A stretch of DNA of 54,083 nt from Nitrospirota bacterium (GTDB taxonomy: Bacteria > Nitrospirota > Nitrospiria > Nitrospirales > Nitrospiraceae): NCBI GenBank assembly GCA_005887945.1, contig VBOL01000043.1, forward strand, positions 1 through 54,083. The letters run 5' to 3'. The notes below the pieces were generated by a model. That model had not been told where the DNA came from, searched no databases, and worked only from the letters and a program-made list of their open reading frames with translations. The translations under genes were made by a program, and so were the position numbers. This document shows positions 10,981 through 19,345 of this stretch, piece by piece (within the stretch, counting starts at the first letter, position 1; each line of letters opens with the position of its first letter).

Positions 10981-11044
10981 ACCTCAGGCCTTACCCCTTA
11001 TACCCCTCTACCCCTTTATCCCCTTATCCCTTGCCCCACACGCC
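10981..11044 (-). repeat. C4-tract spacer (G-quadruplex motif on the minus/sense strand)
   Basis: + strand ttaCCCCttataCCCCtctaCCCCtttatCCCCttatCCCttgCCCC. Lies between the sirC-like stop and the MTH1187-like start. Confidence 0.6.
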
Positions 11045-11677
11045 TTACGCCTTCGCGGCACGCTCATCCAGCCAGACCTTTGGATACTGGACCTTGCCCA
11101 ACAAGCGAAACCCGTCCAACGCCTCACGCAACAACGCCCGGCGTTTTTCGAAGTCCGGCTCATTCGCCTTGGTGTGCTCCCGGAGTTGGCCGAGCCAGTC
11201 TACAAAAGCAGCAAACTCCTCACCGAAGATCTTCTCCATATCTTCCTTCATGAAGCCTGACAAGGCCGGAGCGACACCGCTCGTGCTGATGGCCACACGC
11301 AAATGGCCGCAAGCCACCACCGCCGGCATCGTGACCATTGAGGCTTCCGGCTGGTCAACCGACCACAATAAGACCTTCTTCTCACGCGCCTTGGCGAACA
11401 GCGCCCGGGAAAAATCCCGGTCCCCACGAACCATATTCAGCGCCAGAATCGCACTGTCTAAATCGCTATCGCGAAAATGGCGTCCACGGTGCACGACTTT
11501 CGCCGAGGCGGCCAAATCTTTTAGCGTGTCGTGCAGTGCCGGCGCCACAACGATCACTTTAGCCCCGGCCTCCAACAACCGCTGGGTCTTTTCTGCGGCC
11601 TCTTCGTCTCCCCCGAGTACAAGCACCGGGTACCCCTTCACATCTAGAGACAATGGAAAGCCAGAATTTGCAGCCAT
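11045..11677 (-). CDS. precorrin-2 dehydrogenase / sirohydrochlorin ferrochelatase (siroheme synthase N-terminal domain type)
   Basis: FPLSLDVKGYPVLVLGGDEEAAEKTQRLLEAGAKVIVVAP Rossmann signature. Start at MAANSG with a GGGAGGAA RBS. Confidence 0.8.
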   Translation of the reverse strand: MAANSGFPLSLDVKGYPVLVLGGDEEAAEKTQRLLEAGAKVIVVAPALHDTLKDLAASAKVVHRGRHFRDSDLDSAILALNMVRGDRDFSRALFAKAREKKVLLWSVDQPEASMVTMPAVVACGHLRVAISTSGVAPALSGFMKEDMEKIFGEEFAAFVDWLGQLREHTKANEPDFEKRRALLREALDGFRLLGKVQYPKVWLDERAAKA

Positions 11678-11829
11678 GATGGTTCCTCCCAATTCAAGCG
11701 CGCGGCGTATCATACAACACCCTGTTTTGCAGCGTAAACCGCGCCTTCCCCTTTTCTACCGGCCCCCGCTATAATGCCCCGGCGCTCAGAGGACAGTACG
11801 AGAGACGGTTGCGGCTGAGGTCAAGCAGG

Positions 11830-12085
11830 CTGCGGAAATACTATGGTGGCACGCTAGGACCTCAATGGTCTGCACGTGTGGGACCTCAGAAGAACAATCC
11901 AGCAGGATGCTCAAAAAGGCGGATTTCTCACCCGCCCAACCCCCGCGCGCCAAGACGCGCCTTGTCCCAGGCAAGGCCGCAGGCGAGTCCAAACCGGAGG
12001 CGTACTCTCGGGGGTACGTTGAGGATTTCGACGAGCCGAGAACGACGTCGGAGGGATTTTTCAGCATCCTGCCCGAGCTCTGAGT
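11830..12085. repeat. nested MITE-like elements: 1B-type left end, then an insert bounded by GCAGGATGCTCAAAAA / TTTTTCAGCATCCTGC
   Basis: ggcacgctaggacctcaatggtctgcacgtgtgggacctcag parallels 10482-10520. The 16-nt TIR pair lies at about 11897 and about 12076. Confidence 0.6.
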
Positions 12086-12239
12086 TGCGTGGAATGCTAG
12101 ATGTGATGGCCCAGTTAGATCGAGATGGGCAGGCAGGCCCGGCACAGCTGGCGACATCGAAGGCCGCTATGCGAAGAATCGACATTACCGGGAGGACGGG
12201 ATTTTGAGATTACACTGGAAAGGGTGCACTGACCAGGAA

Positions 12240-12321
12240 GCAATGTTGAATGATAACTGCTTAATGTTCGGTGAACACTGCGGGACATCAATTCAACTTT
12301 CAACATTGAAAATTGAACATC
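12240..12321. terminator. word hairpin (CAATGTTGAATGAT ... TCAACATTGAAAATTGAACA) downstream of the HNH gene
   Basis: Read directly. Same word family as 751-825. Confidence 0.4.
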
Positions 12322-12865
12322 AGGTATCGGCGGGGTCGGCATCGAGCTCCATATTCCAATAGAAATAGTCACGCCAGCTGTCCGGTGTGTTCCGAATCCC
12401 GATGGTAATGGTCACAACCGGATTCCAGCGAGGCTTCAGCGGCTTCTTCATGAGTCGCATGCCGGCTTCATCGGGCGTGCGACCACTTTTTTTGTTGTTA
12501 CAACGCCAGCAAGCCGTCACGATATTTTCCCAGGTCTTTCGCCCACCCTTGGCGATGGGGATGACATGATCGAACGTCAGCTCTTCGGTCCGGAACTTGT
12601 GACGACAGTACTGGCAGGCATAGCCATCTCGCGTAAAGATATTGATACGGGAGAATTTGACCGCCCGGTGGACCTCCTTGAGCCGGACCAACTTGAGGAG
12701 CCGCATGACGGAGGGAAGCTTAATGGAGATCGACACCGCGTGGACCTCTCGGTCGTAGACCTCGAGGACTTCAACTTTGCCCTGCCAGAGAAGCGAGATC
12801 GCCTTTTGCCAATTGACGACCCGCAGGGGTTCGTACGTCGCGTTGAGCAGAAGGGTCATTTCCAT
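12320..12865 (-). CDS. HNH endonuclease
   Basis: 181 aa. CQYCRHKF...LTFDHVIPIAKGG...NIVTACWRCNNKK is an HNH/zinc-finger signature. Confidence 0.85.
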   Translation of the reverse strand: MEMTLLLNATYEPLRVVNWQKAISLLWQGKVEVLEVYDREVHAVSISIKLPSVMRLLKLVRLKEVHRAVKFSRINIFTRDGYACQYCRHKFRTEELTFDHVIPIAKGGRKTWENIVTACWRCNNKKSGRTPDEAGMRLMKKPLKPRWNPVVTITIGIRNTPDSWRDYFYWNMELDADPADT

Positions 12866-13034
12866 GCAGCAACCTCATTCCCAACCGAGGCTCCTTGTAT
12901 GAGAGGGCCTTGGTGTAGTCGTGGAAGGCGTACCCTTCTCTATGCCATAAGCCTTGGTCGAAATCAAGTCACTGACGGGTCTGCGCCTTGTACCTGTTCC
13001 GTCGTCCGCTCAGCCAAGAAGAAGGATCAGCGTC

Positions 13035-13355
13035 ATGCCTGAATTTGTCACCGTCGCGACGGCAGAGGAAATTCCTCCGGGGACCGGACGGACCGTCGAA
13101 GTCCAAGGGGTCTGGATTGCCCTGTTTAATGTCGACGGATCCTTCTATGCCGTCGACAACACCTGTCCGCATGCGGGAGGACCGCTCGGAGAAGGGCATC
13201 TGGATGGCCACGTCGTCGAATGTCCGCGGCACGGATGGCGATTTAACGTACAAACCGGCGAACGACCGGAGAATCCGACCATCACCGTCGACTGCTGTCC
13301 CGTCCGGATCGAAGGAAATCAAGTTCAGGTGGCACTACCGGAGAACTTCTCCTAG
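13035..13355 (+). CDS. Rieske (2Fe-2S) domain protein, NirD-like small subunit type
   Basis: CPHAGGPL ... CPRHGWRF Rieske ligand boxes. Start at the ATG at 13035 with an AAGGA RBS. Confidence 0.85.
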   Translation: MPEFVTVATAEEIPPGTGRTVEVQGVWIALFNVDGSFYAVDNTCPHAGGPLGEGHLDGHVVECPRHGWRFNVQTGERPENPTITVDCCPVRIEGNQVQVALPENFS

Positions 13356-13589
13356 CCCATATTATTCATGAGCACTTCTGCTGCAATCGCCGATCCGCTG
13401 CTACGACGAGCCCATCGGCAGGCAAGCTCGGTATGTCTGGTCTATCTGGTCTGTCTCGTTTGTTTGGTTGAACGAAACTAACCAAATCAACCAGATGAAC
13501 CAGAAAGACGGGACAAACCGAACAGACCGAATAGACCGAACAGACCAAATGAACAAAACAGGTTGGCGAGCTTTTTCACCATCCTGCTA
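13353..13589 (-). repeat. composite repeat filling the whole convergent intergenic region: family-2 head (ATATTATTCATGAGCACTTCTGCTGCAATCGC) + GT/AC hairpin + 1B terminus (TTTTTCACCATCCTGCTA)
   Basis: Read directly. Both flanking stop codons (TAG at 13353-55 on +, TAG on - at 13587-89) sit inside the element termini. Confidence 0.7.
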
Positions 13590-14021
13590 AAGCCGAGGCG
13601 CCGGCGAGCCGGCAGGCTCAGGATCCAGCTCTTTGGGTGTCACGCCATCAGCAGGGAGGGACGCGGCATTGACCTTCTTCAACAAGAGATCGGCATGCCA
13701 AATGAACTCCCGCTCGAACCATTGGCCCGTCACCCCTTGATCCCGCAACTGAATCCGTATCTCATACAGATCCCCTTCCAACTGCTTCACCCGCCACTCA
13801 CCCAGTCGGGCGACCTGATTGCGTTCGCTCATAGAACGCACATGCTCAGTCATCGCCTGAAGAATTGTGGGATAGCCCTGAGCCTGATGGGTTTGCACCA
13901 GCGCGAGGGCTTCGGCAGCCCGACGATCGGTTATGGGATTCACCGACGGAGGCTTCATCCAGAGATAGTAGAGCAGGCCCAGCACGAGCACTGCCATGAC
14001 CGCATAGTGAATGATCTTCAC
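13587..14021 (-). CDS. hypothetical membrane-anchored protein
   Basis: 144 aa ORF with one N-terminal TM helix (AVMAVLVLGLLYYLW). No family recognised. Confidence 0.55.
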   Translation of the reverse strand: MKIIHYAVMAVLVLGLLYYLWMKPPSVNPITDRRAAEALALVQTHQAQGYPTILQAMTEHVRSMSERNQVARLGEWRVKQLEGDLYEIRIQLRDQGVTGQWFEREFIWHADLLLKKVNAASLPADGVTPKELDPEPAGSPAPRL

Positions 14022-14071
14022 AATCAGGGCGAATGTGCAGAACTGGCGGAGGAATGATTCTCTGGCATGGA

Positions 14072-14290
14072 CATCTAGCCCGCATTATTCATGGACGTTT
14101 CTGCTGCAATCGCGGATTCGCCGCTGCGACAAGCCTGGACGCGGTCGGCCCGGCGTCCAGCCAGGCGGGCTCGCCACTCGGTCGGTCAACATACTGTTTC
14201 AAGTATGCCTTCCTCCCTCGCGGCTCCGCGCGCCTGTCTCGCTTGGCGACTGCGCGATTTCGCGACGAACCGTCATGAACAGTGCGGGCC
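14072..14290. repeat. family-2 palindromic element (ATTATTCATGGACGTTTCTGCTGCAATCGCGGATTCGCC ... GGCGACTGCGCGATTTCGCGACGAACCGTCATGAACAGT)
   Basis: The ends are imperfect inverted repeats, read directly. The overlapping ORFs on both strands look like repeat artefacts. Confidence 0.55.
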
Positions 14291-14384
14291 AGCACACAGG
14301 GTTCGATGGGACGAGGCGAAACCGCACATGACCGCACTATGTCTATCTTAGGAAGAGCACCGACGCGATGTCAATCTGACCACA

Positions 14385-14575
14385 GCTAGTCCGGATTATT
14401 CATGAATGCCGTTGCGAGGCGTTCGAGCCCGAAGCCCGCCGGGCTTCTCGCAAGTAAGGCCGACGGGGGCGTACTGGCAGTCCGTTGAGGAGGCCGAACG
14501 AGAAAAGCCCCGCCGGGCGAGAGGATCGGACGACGTAACAGGTATTCATGAATAGTCCGGGCTAGTCCGATAAGC
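14385..14575. repeat. family-2-related palindromic element (AGTCCGGATTATTCATGAAT ... ATTCATGAATAGTCCGGGCT)
   Basis: About 20-nt terminal inverted repeats, and the interior is also self-complementary (gcccgccgggc / gccccgccgggc). Confidence 0.6.
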
Positions 14576-14666
14576 CGCGCGAGGCGCGTCTTGTGCGTGT
14601 GAAAGTGGTTATGTTACAAATAGCGATCTACTCGACAGACAGGGGCCCTGTGGCAGTGAATCACCC

Positions 14667-15110
14667 ATGAAGTTTTTTCTCTACGGGGACCATCTCAACC
14701 CCACGCAGCTGAAACGTCGTGCTCCGGAACATCAGTTCCTGATGCGGGCCACTCTTCCCGAACACACGATCAAATTCTGCCGATGGTCCTCGCAATGGCG
14801 ATGCGGCCTCGCGAGCGTGACCCCGTCACCGGGAGAACAGGTCTGGGGAGCGGTCTTCGAAGTGACCGACGAAGATCTCAAGCTGATGGATCTCTTCGAA
14901 GAGGATGTACCCCCAAGCGCTTTTCGCCAGGTCCAAGTCACCGTGCTGACGGAAGCCGGGGAGAAAATATCCGTCACTACCTATGCTGCCACCCCCATAG
15001 GCAAGTTCAAACCTAAAGCGCATTATCTCGATTGGGTGATGAAGGGCCTCAAGCATTGGAAGTTGCCCGAAGAGGCCATCGATATGTGGAAGTCGTTCGC
15101 GCCGCAGTGA
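14667..15110 (+). CDS. gamma-glutamylcyclotransferase (AIG2/GGCT-like) family protein
   Basis: MKFFLYGDHLNP...LPEHTIKF...VWGAVFEVTDEDLKLMD pattern of the GGCT fold. Confidence 0.7.
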   Translation: MKFFLYGDHLNPTQLKRRAPEHQFLMRATLPEHTIKFCRWSSQWRCGLASVTPSPGEQVWGAVFEVTDEDLKLMDLFEEDVPPSAFRQVQVTVLTEAGEKISVTTYAATPIGKFKPKAHYLDWVMKGLKHWKLPEEAIDMWKSFAPQ

Positions 15111-15214
15111 AACAGCCATCCGCTCAGAGCAATCAGCGCTCAGCTCTTTCTTAAAGATAACTGAACGCTGGCAGCAGAAAGCTGACCGCTTCATCGACCA
15201 TCAAAGGAGAACCC

Positions 15215-15541
15215 ATGCCGAAGCCGAAGTATCACATCGTCGTCTGTACCAACTCACGGCCCCCAGGCCATCCAAAACCCTCCTGCGGCAGTGCCGGAGC
15301 AGCCTCCCTCCTCATGGCCTTTAATATAGGCCTCATGCAGAAGGGCGTGCCCCCGGGCGACGTCCTCGTCAGCGGTTCCTCCTGCCTCGGCCCCTGCGAG
15401 CAGGGACCAACCGTCGTCGTCTATCCGGACGCCACCTGGTACTCCAAAGTGACGGAAGCCGACGTAGCGACCATCATCGATGAACACATCACTGGCGGAA
15501 AGCCGGTAGCAAAACTGAACCCAGACTCAGTTTGGAAATAG
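15215..15541 (+). CDS. thioredoxin-like (2Fe-2S) ferredoxin
   Basis: HIVVCTNSRPPGHPKPSCG ... SSCLGPCEQGPTVVVYPD cysteine pattern. Confidence 0.85.
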   Translation: MPKPKYHIVVCTNSRPPGHPKPSCGSAGAASLLMAFNIGLMQKGVPPGDVLVSGSSCLGPCEQGPTVVVYPDATWYSKVTEADVATIIDEHITGGKPVAKLNPDSVWK

Positions 15542-15557
15542 AGCTGTTTCCTCCTCC

Positions 15558-16070
15558 ATGAGTTCTGCCACACATCATGAGCATAAATCCCATGCACCCA
15601 AATCAATTGGGTGCATGGTCATTACCTGCAGCGACACGCGGACCCCCCACACCGATACCAGCGGCCAACTTATTCAGAAACTTCTCAAAGAGCAGGGCCA
15701 TACGGTGGCTGCCTATCATCTCGTCAAAGACGAACCATCCAAGATCAAAGCCAAGATCAAAGCCGCCGTGACCAACAAGAAGATTCACGCCATCATCATT
15801 AATGGCGGGACAGGCATCTCTCGGCGGGATTCGACGTTCGAAGCGGTGGATGCGATGCTGGAAAAACGACTGGTGGGATTCGGCGAAGTCTTTCGCTATC
15901 TCACGTATCAGGACGTCGGCTCTCCGGCGATCATGAGCCGAGCCACCGCCGGCATCATCAAAGGCCGCGTGCTCTTCTCAACCCCCGGCTCAGAAAACGC
16001 CGTCCGCCTCGCGATGGAAAAGCTCATCCTTCCGGAGCTCGGCCACCTCGTCAAAGAACTCACCAAGTAA
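15558..16070 (+). CDS. moaB: molybdenum cofactor biosynthesis protein B (MoaB/MogA fold)
   Basis: ITCSDTR ... IIINGGTGISRRDST ... FSTPGSENAV signatures. Confidence 0.8.
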   Translation: MSSATHHEHKSHAPKSIGCMVITCSDTRTPHTDTSGQLIQKLLKEQGHTVAAYHLVKDEPSKIKAKIKAAVTNKKIHAIIINGGTGISRRDSTFEAVDAMLEKRLVGFGEVFRYLTYQDVGSPAIMSRATAGIIKGRVLFSTPGSENAVRLAMEKLILPELGHLVKELTK

Positions 16071-16077
16071 TCGTGAA

Positions 16078-16183
16078 TCGTTAGACGTAAAAGGTGAAAC
16101 GTTCCCCTCAAAGCTGAGATGTAAACGCTAGGCATTCACCTTCCCGCATCTTACGTTTTACCTTTTACGTTTTACGTCCCACG
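16078..16183. terminator. word hairpin (ACGTAAAAGGTGAAACG ... CGTTTTACCTTTTACGT) between convergent moaB and the CBS gene
   Basis: Read directly. Same ACGTGAAACG/CGTTTCACGT word family as 19172-19345. Confidence 0.5.
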
Positions 16184-16188
16184 TCCCG

Positions 16189-16623
16189 TCAGTCTTGGAA
16201 AATCTTCGGTTCAGGATACAGCATCTCCGGCGAAATCTTCGATTGTGCATACCGCTTATAAAACAACAACAGGTCGCGCACCGAGATCACCCCGACAATC
16301 TCGCCCGCTTGCGTGACGCCAAGATGGCGCACGCCTAAGTCAGCCATCATATCCTGAGCGTCATCGACCGTCTGACTGCCTTCAATCGTGCAAATGGGAG
16401 TCGTCATGATTTTCTCGACGGTCATCTTGCCAAGACTCTTATTGGTCGAGACGGCGCGTCGAACAATATCCGTATCGGTGACGATCCCGACCAGCTTCTT
16501 CCCCTTCTTTACAAGCAGCGACCCCACGCGCCCAGTCCTCATTTTCTTGGCCGCGCTCACAATCGACACGCCAGGCCCTACGGTTTTGGGCTGCTTGCTC
16601 ATGATCATCGCCACTTTGGACAT
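16189..16623 (-). CDS. CBS domain pair protein
   Basis: 144 aa with two CBS-like repeats (VGIVTDTDIVRR, VGVISVRDLL). Confidence 0.85.
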   Translation of the reverse strand: MSKVAMIMSKQPKTVGPGVSIVSAAKKMRTGRVGSLLVKKGKKLVGIVTDTDIVRRAVSTNKSLGKMTVEKIMTTPICTIEGSQTVDDAQDMMADLGVRHLGVTQAGEIVGVISVRDLLLFYKRYAQSKISPEMLYPEPKIFQD

Positions 16624-16678
16624 ACTCCCCCCCTTTGTATTGCTGCTGAGCGTAATAAAAAAAAGCCCGCCTAGCTGC

Positions 16679-17707
16679 TCACACTGTCAGCAGTATCTTA
16701 CCGAAAAACTTTCGACTCAACATCAGTTGCTGCGCCGCACGAGCCTCCTGAAGTGGAAACGTGCGATCGATCACCGCGATCAGCCGACCCTGCCCCATCA
16801 GCTCCGCCGTCTTCACCAGTTCTGCGCGCGTTCCCATGTAGGACCCCTTGATCGTCAGCTGGCGAGAAAAGACGTAACGGAGATTGAGCTTCACTTCACC
16901 CCCGGTCGTTGCGCCACAAGTAACCAAGCGCCCACCTTTTCCCAATGAAAGTAGGCAGGTGTCCCACACCTCCGGACCGATATGCTCGATGACGACATCG
17001 ACGCCGCGCCCTTCGGTGAGCAACTTGACCCGCTCCGAGACCTTCTCCTTCGCGTGATTGATGACGGCATCGGCCCCCAGGATCACGGCTTTGGGAATCT
17101 TGTCGTCAAACCCGACGGTCGCCATCACGCGGGCCCCGGCGAGCTTGGCCATTTGAACCGCCATGCTCCCGACCCCACTCCCCGCCCCCATGATGAGCAC
17201 CGTTTCGCCATGTTGGAGTCCGGCTAGGGCGAACAGCATATGCGACGCAGTCACCGACACGAGCGGAAACGCCGCCGCCTGTTCAAACGAGAGGTTCTCT
17301 GGAATCGGCAGTACATTGCGGAATGGCACTTTCACATACTCCGCATAGCCGCCGTGCGTCATCGCACCGACCAGTCCATACGAGCGGCACATATTGTCTC
17401 GCCCCGCCAGACATTGTTCACACTTCCAGCAACTGATCCCCGGCGACACGAAGACACGCTGCCCCGCCGTGAGGCCTTCGACCCGATTGCCGACTTGCTC
17501 TACGATCCCGGCCGCATCCGACCCCAATACATGAGGAAGCTGCATAGGATAGGCGGGATTGCCCTGTCGTATCCAATTGTCGATGTGATTCAGCGCGCAA
17601 GCCTTGACGTGAACCAGAACATCCTCCGGACCGATCGTCGGCGTAGGCAGGTCTTCATAGGAAAGTTTGTCCGGTCCGCCATGCGCGCGAAAGAGTACGG
17701 CTTTCAT
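16679..17707 (-). CDS. zinc-binding alcohol dehydrogenase / quinone oxidoreductase family protein
   Basis: MKAVLFRAHGGPDKL..., GSDAAGIV, CWKCEQCLAGRDNMC structural-zinc loop, GAGSGVG NAD(P) motif. Confidence 0.85.
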   Translation of the reverse strand: MKAVLFRAHGGPDKLSYEDLPTPTIGPEDVLVHVKACALNHIDNWIRQGNPAYPMQLPHVLGSDAAGIVEQVGNRVEGLTAGQRVFVSPGISCWKCEQCLAGRDNMCRSYGLVGAMTHGGYAEYVKVPFRNVLPIPENLSFEQAAAFPLVSVTASHMLFALAGLQHGETVLIMGAGSGVGSMAVQMAKLAGARVMATVGFDDKIPKAVILGADAVINHAKEKVSERVKLLTEGRGVDVVIEHIGPEVWDTCLLSLGKGGRLVTCGATTGGEVKLNLRYVFSRQLTIKGSYMGTRAELVKTAELMGQGRLIAVIDRTFPLQEARAAQQLMLSRKFFGKILLTV

Positions 17708-17746
17708 CGCATCCCCCCTCACCCCTTACGCCTCACTCCTCACGGG

Positions 17747-18644
17747 TCAAAACTTTAACTTCCCTTCAACAACCATCACGCACTGTCCACCCACCTTCAC
17801 CTCTTGAATGGCATCGTCGTCGGATTCGATCTGGACAAGAATGCGCGCCGGACGCCCGATTTCATAGCCCTGCTCGACGATAAGTTCTGTCATGGGCCCC
17901 ACTTCAACCAGCCCATTGTGGACGAGATAGGCGCCCATGGCCCCGCTGGCACTCCCTGTGGCAGGATCTTCGAGGATGCCGATCGCGGGCGCAAACATTC
18001 TCGTATGCACCGTCGAATGGTCTTCCACTGTCATGGTCGTGAAGACCATGATGCCGTTGGTGCCGACCCGCTCGCACACCTCAACAATCGCGGCAGCATC
18101 CGGCACAATCGACCGCACAGCCGTGAGGGTCCGCACCGGCACAATCACCACCGGCAACCCAGTCGACACTACCATCACCGGTTTCTTGGTGTCGGCAATC
18201 TGGTGTATCGACAGCCCCAGAGCCTTCGCAATGTCGAACAGATCCTCCGGCTCATCCAACGAACCGAGGAACAGCGGTTTCGGCTGTGTCATCACTACAT
18301 GGGTGACCTGCCCCTCCCGTGCATGGAGTTCGACAGGAAAAAGGCCGATGTTGCATTCCTGCATCAAACGGGTGGGCCAACACATAAAATGTCCCCAGCA
18401 CCGGATGTCCGGCAAACGGAATCTCCTGTATTGGAGTAAAAATCCTGAGGCGAACGACTGCAGCCGGGTCTGTCGGAGGCAGCACGAACACGGTCTCGGA
18501 GAGATTCATCTCCCGGGCAATCTGCTGCAGTTGATAGTCGGTGAGACCTTGCGCATCGGGAAACACGGCGACCGGGTTGCCGCCGAACGGCTGCCCGGTG
18601 AACACATCGGCTTGATAAAATTTAAGCATGTGGCGGTCTGTCAA
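17747..18644 (-). pseudogene. PhzF-family isomerase, frameshifted
   Basis: N-terminal ORF 18252..18644 ([22 protein letters not shown]...FAGHPVLGT) and C-terminal ORF 17747..18415 are consecutive parts of one PhzF-type protein in different frames. The shift plausibly lies in the A5 run at 18338-18342. Confidence 0.7.
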
Positions 18645-18664
18645 AATACCTCACTACCAGGATG

Positions 18665-18885
18665 TCTAACCCGCATTATGCATGAAGGTCCTGCTGCAAG
18701 CGTGTATGCGCGGCTCTTGCGCGTGAAACGTGAGCGAGACGAGCAAGCCGTGCGCGACAGGCGTGACGCGAAGTTCGAAGTTCCGAAAACCTCGAACCTC
18801 GAACTCTTCCCCGTCTCGCCCGTCCCGCTTTTCGCGCAACTCCTGCGAGGGAAAAGCCGGCGGCATTATTCACCATCCTATTAGA
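18665..18885. repeat. composite intergenic repeat: family-2 motif GCATTATGCATGAAGGTCCTGCTGCAAGCG, ACGTGAAACG words, GAAGTTCGA words, second GCATTATTCA motif
   Basis: Read directly. Shares segments with 5454-5583, 13357-13425 and 14072-14135. Confidence 0.5.
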
Positions 18886-18924
18886 TGATTGACAGGCTTA
18901 CGTCGGCCTTGTCAGACTCGCCCC

Positions 18925-19218
18925 ATGACCGATGTGAACCAAGAAGATGTGCACCATGCACTGGAGGTACTGGGACTTACCCTCCCCGTCACCTCCGAAA
19001 CCCTCGCTCGGACCCGACGAGTGCTGCTGTACACCTGGAACCCCGCCCGCTACTCGAATCTGACCAACAATCCCACGAAATACATGCAGGCCTACAAGAA
19101 GGCCGAAGAGATGACCAAACTCATTGAAGCCGCGTACACTCTTCTCTCCGCCGTGCTCACCCCCGACGAGGCGTCTAGCGTGAAACGTGAAACGTTAGAC
19201 GTTAAACGTGAGAAGTAA
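18925..19218 (+). CDS. hypothetical protein, J-domain-like helix pattern without HPD
   Basis: MTDVNQEDVHHALEVLGLTLPVTSETLARTRRVLLYTWNPARY. The C-terminal SSVKRETLDVKREK is encoded by the left arm of the following hairpin. Confidence 0.45.
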   Translation: MTDVNQEDVHHALEVLGLTLPVTSETLARTRRVLLYTWNPARYSNLTNNPTKYMQAYKKAEEMTKLIEAAYTLLSAVLTPDEASSVKRETLDVKREK

Positions 19219-19345
19219 AACGTAGAAACGAGAACGAGCCTAGCTCCGTCTGTGCAGCGATTTGACGTTTCACGTCTCCCATCCCACGTCTCACCTTTCA
19301 CGTTCTGCGTCTCACCCATCCCCACGTTTCACGTCTCACGCCTCA
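19172..19345. terminator. very long word hairpin (GTGAAACGTGAAACGTTAGACGTTAAACGTGAG ... CGTTTCACGTCTC x3) between convergent genes
   Basis: Read directly. Overlaps the 3-prime ends of both flanking ORFs. Confidence 0.55.
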
